Shown here in pieces: positions 47,893-61,411 of a stretch of 64,000 bases of DNA. The position numbers and the translations under genes were made by a program. Origin of the DNA: Azolla caroliniana (Eukaryota; Plantae; Polypodiophyta). The number at the start of each line of letters is the position of its first letter. The stretch's first letter is position 1. Where the stretch lies: contig JBHGNT010000006.1 in the NCBI GenBank assembly GCA_043228905.1, positions 3,348,001 through 3,412,000 of the forward strand, written 5' to 3'. The notes under the pieces are model-generated. The model did no database searches. It saw nothing but the letters and a program-made list of their open reading frames with translations, and had not been told where the DNA came from.

Positions 47893-50514
47893 CTAGATGC
47901 CTCTAAGCCTCTCCAAAGGTGCAGACACATAATCTTGATGATATTGGTAGCTGGAGCCCTCCCAAGCACACGACCTAGGAGGTATAACAAGGTGCTTAAG
48001 GGGAGGGCTACCAATGATATCGAATTTGGTCGGTACTTTGAAAAATGGTGCGTTCTCCATGCCATAGTTAGTACTACTGTAGGGTAAATGCCGCGATTCT
48101 ATCCCACCTGATGGGTTTATGGAATCAGTAGTTCCTTCGGGTGGAAGGCGTGTTGGATTTCGGAGTCCTAGGGAAGACTTGATCATCTCTACAACGATTT
48201 TCATGGTGGGTCGTCTCATCGGGTCGGGGTGTAAGCATCTGAGCACGAGATCGGCCACGATCTTGGCGCCCTTCGATGGGAATTGCCCTTTCAGCTTCGA
48301 ATCCATGACAAGGAAGAGCCGATCTTTCTCTGTCAAGAATGGCTTCGACCATTTCACCAGATCCCGTTCGTCTTTTCCGATCCTTTCATCCATGTTCTTC
48401 CGTCCAGTAAGAAGCTCTAATAATACTACACCAAAGCTCCATACGTTACCCTTCAGTGTTATGCCCCCTGAAACTATCACTTCAGGTGCACAGTATGCGA
48501 ATTCCTGCAATACAAGGTAGCCACATATTGACTATGAAAACTGTTTGATTCTCAAGGTTGAAGAGCCGATAAGGCTCTCACGATATGGACCCAAAAGACT
48601 TACTCGTGTGTTCTTTGAGCCATAAGGGTCTCCAGTGTTTGTAAAGTAGTAACCCACTACTTTGGAACTATAGTCTGCATCCACTTGTATGTGAGATAAC
48701 CTGAAATCTTTGTAAGGAATCTGCAGCACAGGACACACATAGAATATATGTATGTGTAAGATTGAGAAACTAATAAAACCAATCTAATACCGGATTCATA
48801 TGAACCTGCTGAATAAACACATACGCACATACATCACAGACATAAAGGCATTTCGTGAATCTAGAAGATTGATAAACTATTAAAACGTGACAAGAAGGGA
48901 ATTCCTATGGATATATTAAATGCACATATCTATGTCTATAGGTACATACAGATGCACACATTCATGTGCATGCGTATGCATCATGATAATTCTGATGCAA
49001 GGTATATCACTGAACGGCTAAAGTCGGAATTGGGGCTCTAACTAAGTACCTGTTTGGGGTGCTTCTCATGCAAGCTAGCTAATCCTTGTGCTGCACCATA
49101 AGCTATTCTCATTCTGGTAGACCAATCCAACGGAGGAGAATTCGGAGATTCAAACATCAAAGTATGTAGACTTCCGAGCTGTAGTTTCTCATACACCAGA
49201 AAGTGTTCTGTTTTTCCATGCTCGGCATGGAAACCAATGAGATTACAAACATGAGAATCTTGTCGAGAGCTGATTGCGCATAGCTCTGAAATCCATTCTT
49301 TCAAATCCTGAGCGTTTACAAACATTTATTAGCATTTCAATACAACAACATTTTTGGCGTATATCTCTAGAATAGCATGCATTGCCATATATATCTTTAG
49401 GACAACGTGCATTAGCTATCCTGAGAGCCATAAATTTTGTTTGGGTCATTAACACTAGAGACACAATAATTAAATATTTCTAAAGAATGCTTACCAACTG
49501 TAACGACTGAGTGAATTGTGAGATCACAACCTCCTGCCGCTTGTTTCCTCCAATTCCAACTTTGGCAACACCATAGAAGCTATTATTATCATCACCCACA
49601 AAGTTATGTGGTAAAAATTGTTGGCGAGCAAGAGAAATGGATTCTATAGAAAATGATTTCAATCCTTGAACCACATCCGAGATCTCTTTTGGATGTGGAA
49701 GTGGTCGTAGATCAATTGGAAACGCCCGACCGATAATGTAAGGGTCTTGCCCAAACACCATCGGATCTACACATGTTTTCTCATTATTATGCTCTGAATC
49801 AACACATGCTTTCTTGCTACAATGTTCTGAATCCACAAATGTTTTCTTGTTATAATTATCTGATTCGATACATGTTTTCTTGTTACAATGTTCCGAATCT
49901 ATACATGCGTCCTTGGAGTTTTCTTGATCCACACTCGTTGTCTTGAAATTTTCCAAATCCACACACATTCTCTTGCAATGTTCTTGTTGAAAATCTTGAG
50001 GAATTCCATGTGTACTTACTTCCATCGGATGAGGCAAAGCATACCCCGAGGGAGGTGGAGATGGGGATGGGGATGGGGACAGAGATGGAGATGGAGATGG
50101 GGATGGTAGAGGCAAAGCTTTTTTATTGTGAACCTGAGCATTATTGTTATTATACTCCATCATCGCAACCCCTTCTCTTACTGTACGGTTTGAATGTAGG
50201 ACTTTGCTGCTGTTGACGTTCCCATATCCATGGCTAAGATGATTCAAAGGAGTACCACTATTGCTACTATGGTTGATGAGTTTCTGAGCATTTCGAATCG
50301 CTCTTATCTTTGTTCGGAATGACGAATCTTGTTGGAACAAAGGGGAATCCAAACCAGAACCAGTCCGATCACCATCATCATCGCCATTTCCATCACCGCG
50401 ATCAAGATCAGGATCGTGATCGTGATCGTGATCGTGGTCATCCATACCAAACGCTGGCGTCACGAGATCTGAGGCACCATTCTTCTCTCTCTTTTTCAAG
50501 GAGAAGCAACCCAT
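47893..50514 (-). CDS. Receptor-like cytoplasmic kinase (RLCK-VII/PBL-related), probable pseudokinase (4 exons)
   Basis: Exons 50514-49495, 49307-49050, 48720-48604 and 48504-47893. MGCFS acylation motif, LVYE, LDWSTRMRIAYGAAQGL, YCAPE, NVWSFGVVLLELLTGR. Confidence 0.88.
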
Positions 50515-50729
50515 TGGAGCCGTTGGGAAGGGTGGGGAGGCGTTGAGAGGACGCAGAAGAAGGAGAAGAAGAAGAAGAAGAAGAAGCCGAAAACGAAGAA
50601 GAGATGAAGAACTAGAGAGATAATGCGGCTAAGTCTGGATCGCGATGATCTGCGGGGGGGGGTAGGAACGAAGCAGTACGCGACATTGCAAGACAGTCAA
50701 ATCTTTTAAAGCGCGGATCCACCTGTTTG

Positions 50730-50762
<33 letters not shown>

Positions 50763-51025
50763 GTGTCTGTGACTGTGCGAGTGTGTGTGGGGTATGGTCT
50801 GTATGTTCTTCTTCTTCTTCTTCTTCTTCTTCTTCTTCTTCTTTACATTCAATTCAACGCAGAAAAAGCCTAACCCTAAAAAAAGGAGACATGTGACACA
50901 TCTCCCAATCGCTCCTCTCTCAAGAAAAAACAGAGAGAGAGTCTTGAATATTTCTTCATCGCCCAGTAACAATTATCCCAACACGATCTTATCCCACTCG
51001 GCTGCTCCAAGTCTCGTGGCCGGCC

Positions 51026-51085
51026 GGACATAAGTCAATCCATCTCCCATTTGTCCGGTGTGGCCCGCCCCGACATAAGTCAATC
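51026..51085 (-). promoter_or_regulatory. Duplicated GACATAAGTCAATC module containing W-boxes (TTGACT), upstream of the RLCK gene
   Basis: 14-bp direct repeat at 51027 and 51072. A further AGTCAA lies at 50695-50700. Confidence 0.35.
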
Positions 51086-52875
51086 GTCTCGCCATCCGTC
51101 CGCCCGCCCGCCCGCCCACAGAAAACCCCTTGTTTGTCTCAGGAGTCGGGGACCCTTGCTAGTCAGTCGCATTGGCCTCGTCACCTCATGTTCACCGGCC
51201 AAACCTTCTTGCCCAAGCTATAGACCCTGACGAGGCGAAATACCCCCCAAGTTGATTGATGTGATGCCTCCATGATATATGGACCGAAAACCATGTTCTT
51301 GTCTTCTCCTCCCCTTGATCATAAAATTGAGCACGATGGAGATCCATCGAGTCATTGGTAACGGGGACTTTTTCAGCAAACCACTTGGATGTTCACATTG
51401 CTTCAACATTCAAGTTTTTCTTGGACGGCAGCTCCAAACCACCCAATGAGATGTGACCAAACTATTGTTTTGAGAAGTCTCCACTTTGAAAATTTATGCA
51501 AAAAGCGTAGACTATAGTATGATTTTGTGGCTTCAAAATATTGCTTTCCGTCCTTTTTAATTGGCTTTCTTAGTATAGGAATGCATTTTTGTAAGCTAGT
51601 GATTGATCCCCTAAACGCGGGAAAAGAAAAATGATATCTTAAAATTATAGTATTTAGCTTGAATCATTAGTAAGAAATGGGTGTTACGTCATCCCTTCGC
51701 TCCTCGCTACTTGTTTTGTATATAGTCTGTTGAACATAGTTTCTTGTTTTCTCCTTCATCGTTTTATGGCATTCTCTACTCAGCAAAAGGACCGGCACAC
51801 TTGTAGAGTCACATCAAAGGTATTTCCTCCACCTTTGTTTTCTATGACTTTTAAATTTACTCACGACAAATGCACACAACGACTCGAGAAGATGACATTC
51901 TTCTAAGCTCTCACCTAATTTGTCCTCGTTTATTTTTTAAGTTTGTTGGACCTTATCATCCTCTACATAGGCCCGTCACATTGATTTCACTGTCATCTAT
52001 ATGCTTGTTGGATTTCACATTTTGAAAAGAATGCTTTAAAGTTTTTACCCCATGGGCCATCCAACCACAAGGTTTATTTTAGTTTCTTTTCTATTGCCTT
52101 CTGCTTATGTAAGGTTTAGGTATTCAAATATAGTTGGGTCAAAATTTTGACCAATATGCATATTTCCATTTTCAATGTTCTTACTCTTCTTGTTTGTATG
52201 TCTCCTTATTTCAGTATCACGTTGATTTCTAACAGAAAATCAGAAGAAGTGATATTGCATCCTTCGCATGCACACAATTCAACGAGAAAATTACACTTTT
52301 TCCTACCAGCTTAACAGCAGTTGCATTTATCATTCAGCAACATCTTTCTAACAAAAGGGCGTAGTTAACAAAGTGTTTTGCATTTGTTAAGAAACAAGGG
52401 ATAGTCACCATGCATTGAACCTAAGAAACCCAACATCACATGTTAATCTGAAGGTGACAAAAGGAACGACTTAGCAATTAAGATGAACGACACTCATCCA
52501 ATTTGAATAATAAATTGCAAAAACAATATCCACAACAATTCCATAAACATTGTGTAAATCAACTGCTAACATCAAAATTAATCATCATTTACAATTTGAT
52601 GTATTAAGACACAACAAAGGTAAATTAGCTGTAGTATTTGAGAGCTAACTTCTGAGCATCCCAACCTCCAATGTCTCTCAGACACCATAATGACACAAGC
52701 AGCACAATATAATGTCATTGTAGAGAAATGCCGAAGAATTACAGAACTCAGATCACAACAATGCCAACACTACCAAATCTATTCTCCACCTAAACTTGGG
52801 GAAATAATTTCATGAATCTTTTAATCCACTTCCTTGGAGATACATCCAAAACACTTTCGTTTGCAGACACAAAGA

Positions 52876-55800
52876 TTAGCACAGCCACGGATACACATTT
52901 GGAGAAGTTGGCAGCCTCGCAGTTAGAACCTCAACTCCAGTCTCAGTTACCTACACACAAAGAGAAGATAAAGATAACCATTTACCAATCAGGGCTTCCC
53001 TTTTCAAGTAATTACTAAGAAGAATTTAAGGGCAAATGGAAATTATTTTCATGTTTTTAAATATATTTATATCCCAGGCATCTTGGGTATTTACAATAAC
53101 ATCCCAAATTTTCCAAATTTTCCCAGAATACCCCTCGCAGTTGAAAAAATGAAGGGGTGTACTCTGATCAAACATTAAAAAAAAAATTGGAGATATTTAA
53201 ATAGACACTGAGCAAGGCATACTTCCGTATTTTTCTAGGATTTTGCCCAAAAATAATAAGGAACTATTGAAATTATGAGAAATGCAAAATGCTCACAAGT
53301 AAGGTATGCTCGAATTGAGCACTACGTTTCCCATCGCTTGTGACCGCAGTCCATCCATCTGGCCACATTCTGTCTCTCCAATTACCTATAGATAAAATAG
53401 TGTATAACCTTTGCATTTATAATGCCTTTGAACCAATTTTTGATATAGTATTAATTATATTATATATATTTAACACGCTACAATGCATAATAGAATATTA
53501 TATGAGCAACCTGAATTTATCATCGGCTCAATCGTAAATATTTGTCCAGGCTTCATCACTCCAACCGCTTTGTTTTCTTTCATCAATTAAGTAAAAAAAG
53601 ACATGATAACACTATTCGTTTGAAAGAGAAGCACAAGGCAAAATTTTCTTAAAAAATGATCTTTAATCTGGGGATACTGGAGTAATGAGGTATATTCGGT
53701 GCACAATGAAAAAGCTCTCCAATGCCATGGCCACAATATGACTTAACCTGAAAAATGATAGGAAGTTATTACAGAAAGGATAAAAGCAAGATTTGAGAGA
53801 TAAAGAGCATGTTTTGAGAGATAAAGAGCATGTGTGCACGCACATGGGCACACCAATTGGGCCACAAGTGACATGCCTATGTCACTGTTTGGAGACTGTG
53901 AGAATATTAATGCAATACATCGATATGACATGTGGTTTAGAGGAATATGTGACATGTGGTTAATAAAGATGTGCAAAAGTAAGAATTTGAATGCATGACC
54001 TTGAGTTGGTAGCCTAATAGCTTCCCACTAAAAATAAAAGAGAAGAGAGTTAATGGAGTGAAAGTCTACCACTGATAATCCAGTTAGACATGCATGTCTG
54101 TTGATCACTTCACCAATCTCACGAAACCTAACTCCAGGCTTCACTGACAGCATCCAAAAACCATAAATTTATGAATGGAAAAAATATACTTGATGGGTAA
54201 TTAAACAGAATCAACTTAAATATGATTCATAAAACATCAACAGGAAATAAAATTTATTATAATGAGGATAATATTTTTGTTCATAATGCTGCTGGAAGAT
54301 TGAGAGGCAGAAAATCCAAGTATTGACATCTGTAATCAATATTTCCATTAAAACATAATTCTGATAACATTTCATTACAGTGAATCTCACATTCACCCAT
54401 CGTCTCAAAATAACTTCAGCTGATCAATGACACCATCATAATGCTAACCTGAATGATCTATCCCACTTGTGAAGCTTCTACCCAATGTCTCAGAGATCAT
54501 GGGTTCAAAACCAGACTGCTGAAGGATGTCATAATTGAGCATAAAAGAAAGACTTGAGTGTTACAAGTGTGATGCATGACGTAGTGGGAAGCTCCTACAT
54601 TTGCTAGATTTTATTATTCTAGAGTTCCATCTCATGTTTCAGTTATGCCATTTGGTTTGCCCTCAAGTGAGTATGTACGGATTGGCCTTCATATTCCATT
54701 GCTATCATTCTTGAACAATTTTCTTTGAACCATTTCTAATAGCAGGTGGAAATAGATACATCTTTATCAATTTGGTTTTTATCGTAAGACTAATTTTAGT
54801 ATTTCTCTCTCCAAAAGTGTAGTATTATGGTAAGACAGAAGGGTTTCCCTTTTATATTTTTGTGCCTCTAGAAGAGGCTTTTGGGAGAGTTGGTGCCATT
54901 GGTGGTTTCACTTTTTTTATGTTTTCTGGTTCCCATGCCATGACCAAGATATAGCTAGTTACTGGCTAATTGTAAAAAGCAACAGTGACTTTCTTTGATT
55001 CTTGAAAGTTTGGTTTTTTCCATTTTGAAACAGTCTTCATTCTTAAAACCATATTATTAGTATTTACCCGCTGCAATTGCTTTTTCCAGGCATTCATATG
55101 TACAACGAACAAGTTTCTCTGAGGCTTCATCTACCTTCCCGACAAAGAAAGTTTCATTGAGGTCTCCTGCAAAAATCTCAAGTCAGCTTCTTATCATTCC
55201 AATGCACTCAAGCTCTATTGAGAAAGATGTTTACCATGGCATCCATTCAGATATACTGTGACATCAACATTCACAATGTCACCATCCTCCAAGCGCCTGA
55301 AACATTACATTCGCTGTCAGCAAAGAGTACATTTTGAAATAATGACGCACAGAACAACCTACCTGGAATCAGGGATCCCATGGCAAATTACCTCATTCAC
55401 AGACCTGCAGATGCATCATACAAAATAAAGCTAAATTTGGTCCTGTAACAAAATACTTATGGTATGGATGAGATTAAGGTTAAAAAAAGATACGTGCAAC
55501 ATGATTTGGGGAAGAAATAATAATTCAATGGTGATGGATATCCTCCTGTTGATAAAAAATAAAACAGACATAATTCAAAATATGACAAATATGCATAATC
55601 TAAGGCAAGGAACAAAAACAGCTTTTTTTGCCTGCTTCAATTGTAGCTTTGTGCACAATGGCATCGATTTCATCTGTTGTTATGCCAGGTCGGATTGCTC
55701 GAGCAGCAGCATCCAAAATTTCCCTTCCCACCTTCCACAGTATGAAAACAAATATCTTAAGATGATATGAACAACTAGAAGCAATCAGAACTAATCAACA

Positions 55801-58800
55801 CTTCTGAACAACAAGAGTATATGGGACCAAAGAAAAGCAGGAATATTTGACATAAGCCATGGGAATGAAGACTACATATGCTAGAGAATCTTGGGCATTA
55901 AGGAAGCAGAATCTTAGCATATGCTGTTACTCCAACACTTCCAAGAACAAAGGAAGCGTAGTGGTTTCTATTTAGTATTCACTACGCTTTTCAATGTTCC
56001 CAAAGATAAAACCAAAAAAAGCTTTCTATTTGTGTTTGGTCACAGGTAAATCCTATATGTCGAAACTGAAAACAGTGAATTATCAGATTTGACATAATCA
56101 TCCACCACATAAATAACCACTAGCATACAAATATTATGTAGTACAAAAAACTTGCACGAGATTCCAGGCCTGTATATGAAATATTAAGGATTTTTCTGAA
56201 TCACCAAAAGTTTATTACGTATTATACACGCTTATGAAGCTAATATGTATGATAACATAACAATTCCATTTTACCCGGCAAGTCTCTCGCATCCTCTTTA
56301 TCTGCTCTGGTGATTTTATCTGCACATACCATAAGATGACATCAAGCAAGAACAGAAAATAGATGTTGAAAGGAACCACTAAATACCTCAATTCTGCTCT
56401 GCAGTTCACTGTTTTGCTCTATTGTTGGAAATCCCTGACAGTAATAAAAAAAGACAATTGGTTGGTGAGTGTACAGTTGATTTATAGGGACAATATGGAA
56501 GAGGAAATAAAAAATGTGCATCGTTGGCAGCAGAACAAGAAATTCTCTAGAGAAAAACAAGCTTCCATACTACACGTTTGAGATTGGCCACATAGTTGTA
56601 CAAAGTTGTCAATGAGAAATACTGTACCAACAAGTGCCAATCGTGTTATAGCATGCAAAGAGCTCATATTATTAACAAAGCTTGACTTTAGACGTATGTT
56701 GATGATCTGATTTCAAGTTTCAATGCAGCTGAAACATATGGCCTGTATAAGGAAAGAGAATGTTTTCCGCATACACTTATCCCATTTCAGCATATGGGAA
56801 TCAACATCCCTGAAACATTTCAGCCCCTAGTGCATACTATTTCAACTCTCTAGCAGGGTCAAAGTGAAACATTGAGCTAAAATCTGCACTAAAAATATCT
56901 ACTCACATATATCAGTGCATGTTCATGTATCATTATATAAGGTACTCCTAAATGCATGGAGAGTAACATTAATGTTACTAAAAATGGATACATCAAGATC
57001 AAGGTTCGAGTCAAAGTGGAAAACCTAGATTCATGTTCAAGGTCAATATTAAGACTCAGAACCCAAGATCAAGCTTTAAGAAGAATATTCCTTTTTGCAA
57101 GATCCAAAGCCTTTAAGAGGTTTTTAAATCATATAAAAAAGAAAACTGGAATTTGCTGCAAACTGGAATCATATACAGATGACTCAGTCAGAGTCGCAAA
57201 GTGTCAGCATGCAGCTGAAACATGTGAGCCATTTCAACTATTTCACATTTCCATTTTGCAATATCCAAATCCTCTAGTGAGATGTACCAGTCTTATTTTT
57301 ACTAAATACACCTTATGCAAGTGTAATCTTAAAATCAACGTGACATTTACTATCGAAAAGAAGGAAAGGCAATCACAAATAACACACACTTACATTTGCA
57401 GCCCAATCGGGACAAATAATATTTTCAGGTACAAGGCGTCTTGGAGATATTGGATGAGGTCTTAAGGGCCTGTTGATGCAAAAGTCATGGTTGCTTTAGC
57501 TCATAGAGCTGTCTTTACTTCATACATATCAGAATTATTTTTCGCAGACATGTACATTTCATCATATAGACTGTAAATTATAATATTAGCAGAATAGTAA
57601 CCAACTGCTAAAAAAGTTTAATGTGCTCTAGGAATATATCTAACATCCATGTTATCCTCAATATTCTAATATTTTCTGTGTACTATTGTGTAATATACGT
57701 ATTTATTTATACGAGCATACCCGGTCCAGTCAAAAAATGGGAGTTGTGAGGATCGTGCCTGTCCCTTCTTCAAGCAATAGAGCCAACCTTGTGGTGGTGC
57801 TTCGGATCCTTGTTCTGGAATCTCAACTTTTGGTTTCCCAGAGTGTACTAGTTTGTGAGTGCTCCATGCGGCTTTAAAACATTCTTGAGAACTACATGAC
57901 CAGTACAGTTTGCACAATTTACCAAAAACTCTTTCAAAGGATTTATAATATCTATAGATGATAAATGAAGTAAAATGGAATTTGAATAAGTGAAACAGAA
58001 AAACACAAACTGACCACTTGGAAGGATACTTGGCATCTCAGCTCAAAACATAGCCTTATATCATTAAAAGTCCTATTTACTAGCAAGCTAGAATGGCAAT
58101 AGCTCTCATTCACTAAAGCTCATTCAAACACATATTGAAACACAAGGATGGGACAGACAGACTATATTGTCCACGCATTGCAACATGAATCTTGTGTGCT
58201 TGTTTCATCATATATTTTCCAGCTCAGAGGATTTTTCTTTGAGTTGCTTCAAAGGTGTAATTTTAGTTAAACCTCAAGCCATGCCTAGCCATCAGGAGTA
58301 TAGCTTGCAAAGCTATAGAATTAAAAAGTACGCTATCTGAAAATATGATACAGCTTACTTTGCAATCCTTGGTGATCTCATGCATCATATCTGGCCTCTT
58401 AAAGATGTTAATACATACGTCTATGTATCAGTCTCTTGAATTGGAGCCTGCTGTCATTTCTTTTCAGTTTCATACGCCATTCTTTTTGAGACATTAAAAT
58501 TTTCTTTTTTATTCATAGAAGATGGCTATAGTAATAAAATATTGTGCAGGTCCATTTACTTCCTGTGATCAAACAAAAACCTCCAAATTTAGGAAAACTA
58601 TTTATTTATGCACCAAAGAATAAAATAGACACTCCATTTGTGCAGAAACAACGAGAATAACTGAGGAAATAGATTGGATATAAGTCTACAAAAATCTTGC
58701 GTGAATGAAAAGATAATAACGCTTCTGTCCAAGCATAATAAGAATGACTAAGAGCCCATTCGATGAGAAACTGACACCAAGCCCTCAGCATCACCTGGTT

Positions 58801-59735
58801 ACTTCACAAAACTTCAGTCTTCAATGGCCAATCACCTCCTCTCCTGCACACAAAGCCAGATCTTCCACTCACAATCCTCTTCTCCCACTCTGATCTTCTT
58901 CTCCCACTCTGATCCTCTTCTTGCCTATATAGATTGCTACACCTATCTTTTATGTAGCCATAAAAGGCAAAATATGAAGCAGCTATTGCTTTCATGCAAA
59001 AAACATAGTAAACCTACATTCAAAGTGCAGTGTTTGAATTTCATGCCTCAGAATCTCTCTTCTTTCTTTCAATAATATTCATTCATCTCCATATCTGCAA
59101 CTCTCTACTAGGTCAACACAATTTTGGTTGCAAACACGGGGATCTAGATTGACATAGAGGAAGAAATAAGGGACTATTAGCACAATGGAACACATACAAC
59201 ATGCATATTGAAACCATCTTAGCACATCTAGAATGACACCCATGTCATCCAAGCTTACAAGGATGCAACGGGGAATAAGAAAACTCTATAAGGGCATGTA
59301 TGAAATCATGTTAGGGTAACCAGCCAAGATGTATCGCTGCTTACAAGCATGTTGAACAACCAAAACATAATAAATGCTTCAAAAATAGATCAAAAGTGCA
59401 AAGCATGAATTATCACAAACCAAAATGTAGCATTGGTTCGCGGCAAGTTCAATGAGACGCATTTGGGGCACCTGCAAAGAGACATATAACTCTATGAACT
59501 ACAAGAAGATTATGCATCCACAAAGTTGTAATAATCGCATAGGCCCATGAAAATTTGCCCTGAATTTATTTGTATCACGCAATTGAAATCATCATTTCTT
59601 TTCAAAGAGTGCTTTAATGCATTACTTTCATTTGCTTAAAAATATTTCAATGGATATAAATACACACTGTAACATGGCAGGCTTGCTGCATCTTGCACAA
59701 GCTAGCTGGCTGTCACTGACAGGGGAATCGTTCAT
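52876..59735 (-). CDS. MAP1A: Methionine aminopeptidase 1A (type I, N-terminal zinc finger), 16 coding exons
   Basis: Exons 59735-59668, 59471-59421, 57891-57721, 57469-57394, 56434-56387, 56319-56275, 55731-55632, 55545-55494, 55404-55363, 55296-55235, 55166-55068, 54143-54070, 53747-53677, 53576-53511, 53385-53297, 52950-52876. Motifs CPKC...[58 protein letters not shown] probable 5' UTR exon donor lies near 61150. Confidence 0.93.
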
Positions 59736-60491
59736 GATAAGTTAAAGCTTTTGTGCAACTTGATTAGTGATTCATTTACAACCTTCAAATCCTGCATGAA
59801 ATAACACAACTATTAGATCTTCATGTGGAAAACCAGTGCTCAAATGAATGATATTTTATCAAAACGAGCAAAGTATCTATAGATAATCGGTCAGGATCAA
59901 CGTGGATGAACTTCATATCAACTTTATACTAACTTACTGGGACTGCAGATAGAGAAGAATTTATCAAAAGTAAGAAAGAGATTTTGAAAAACTAAACAGA
60001 AATAAATAATTCTGCTGTTTATGTTATTCAAATGTTTAACCACATTCTTGCATTTCTAAATCACGGAATCCAGGATCCATTAATGACCATCAATGAGATG
60101 AGGCTAAAGATTTTATCGGTCATTCTTTATGCATCCCCCATATCTGTACATCCAAATTCCATTATGACCTTTCATGAAGAATTGAACCTCAACCTTTTGG
60201 CGTGAACTACATACAAAATTTTAAGAATGAAGAAGTATTATCATAAATCTGAATAAAGGATTATTATCTTCTTGTCAACACCCAATGTGACATTAAAGAA
60301 ACAAGGCTATGTATGCATCATTGTAACAAGAAGAAAAAGTAAGAAATTTGGACAAAAGCAACATAAAACTTCAGAAAGAAAAAAGTCATTATTGAAATGC
60401 TTCATTCTATTCTATTCTATCTCTCACTCTCTTTCTTTCTCCCTCTCTCTTTCTCATTCTCTTTCTCTGGTTGGAAAAATGTTAACTTTTC

Positions 60492-60525
<34 letters not shown>

Positions 60526-61283
60526 TATGGATATGGATATGGATATGTACAGGTACATGTATATGCTTTACAGTTTTATTTATTTTCCGAACACCCACTT
60601 CATATTTCTTAAACAAAACAAAACTTGAAACCATGACATGCTTTTTTTTCAATAGACTTACAATGCTTTCCCAGAACGTTAAACAGCTTGTACTTTTTGT
60701 TAGAATAATCCTAGTATATCACCGTTAAAGGAGCTCCTGGCTACAACCTTCATGGATAATAGCTTCACTTCTTATTAAATTTATAACCATAAACATAATT
60801 TTCATATACTAAATAGCTGTAAATAGGAATGCAGCCTTCTTTATTTAACACGATACTTTGTTTTCTTGATAGTTTCTTGGAATTGACGTCTTTTTCAACA
60901 TAGCTAAGTGCGCGATGGACTACTTTGTGCAGATTAGGGATTTCCTTTCATGTTTTACCACCGCTAGTGTGTGTCAATGTTTGTTTGTGTATCAGAACTC
61001 TTAGGGAAGGCAGGAGATGTGCGCATTCATCCTCCTAGACCTAAGCGTAAGCACCTAAACAGCTCGTATGGAAAAGCAGGAAATATGCATGATCTCTGTG
61101 AAGAAACAAACCTAACCCGAATCAGACACAGAGGGACGAAAAACTCTTACCTGGAGCTCGCGAAGAGACCGAATACGAGAAGCAGACGATTCCACGCAAA
61201 TAAAGTCGATTTAACAGTTTTATTGGCTATCTAAAATTACAGGAATACCCTTAAAGGGAGCTTTACCCTCTACGCATGCAGAT

Positions 61284-61411
61284 ATGTACATAGTACATAC
61301 ACATACATACATACACATACATACACATACATACACATACATACATACATACATACATACATACATACATACATACATACATACATACATACATACATAC
61401 ATACATACATA
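61284..61411. repeat. (CATA)n microsatellite
   Basis: Directly visible. Confidence 0.95.

Noticed and set aside
56956-57465. 169-aa plus-strand ORF
   Set aside because: It is antisense to a MAP1A intron and exon, is AT-rich, and shows no domain signal.
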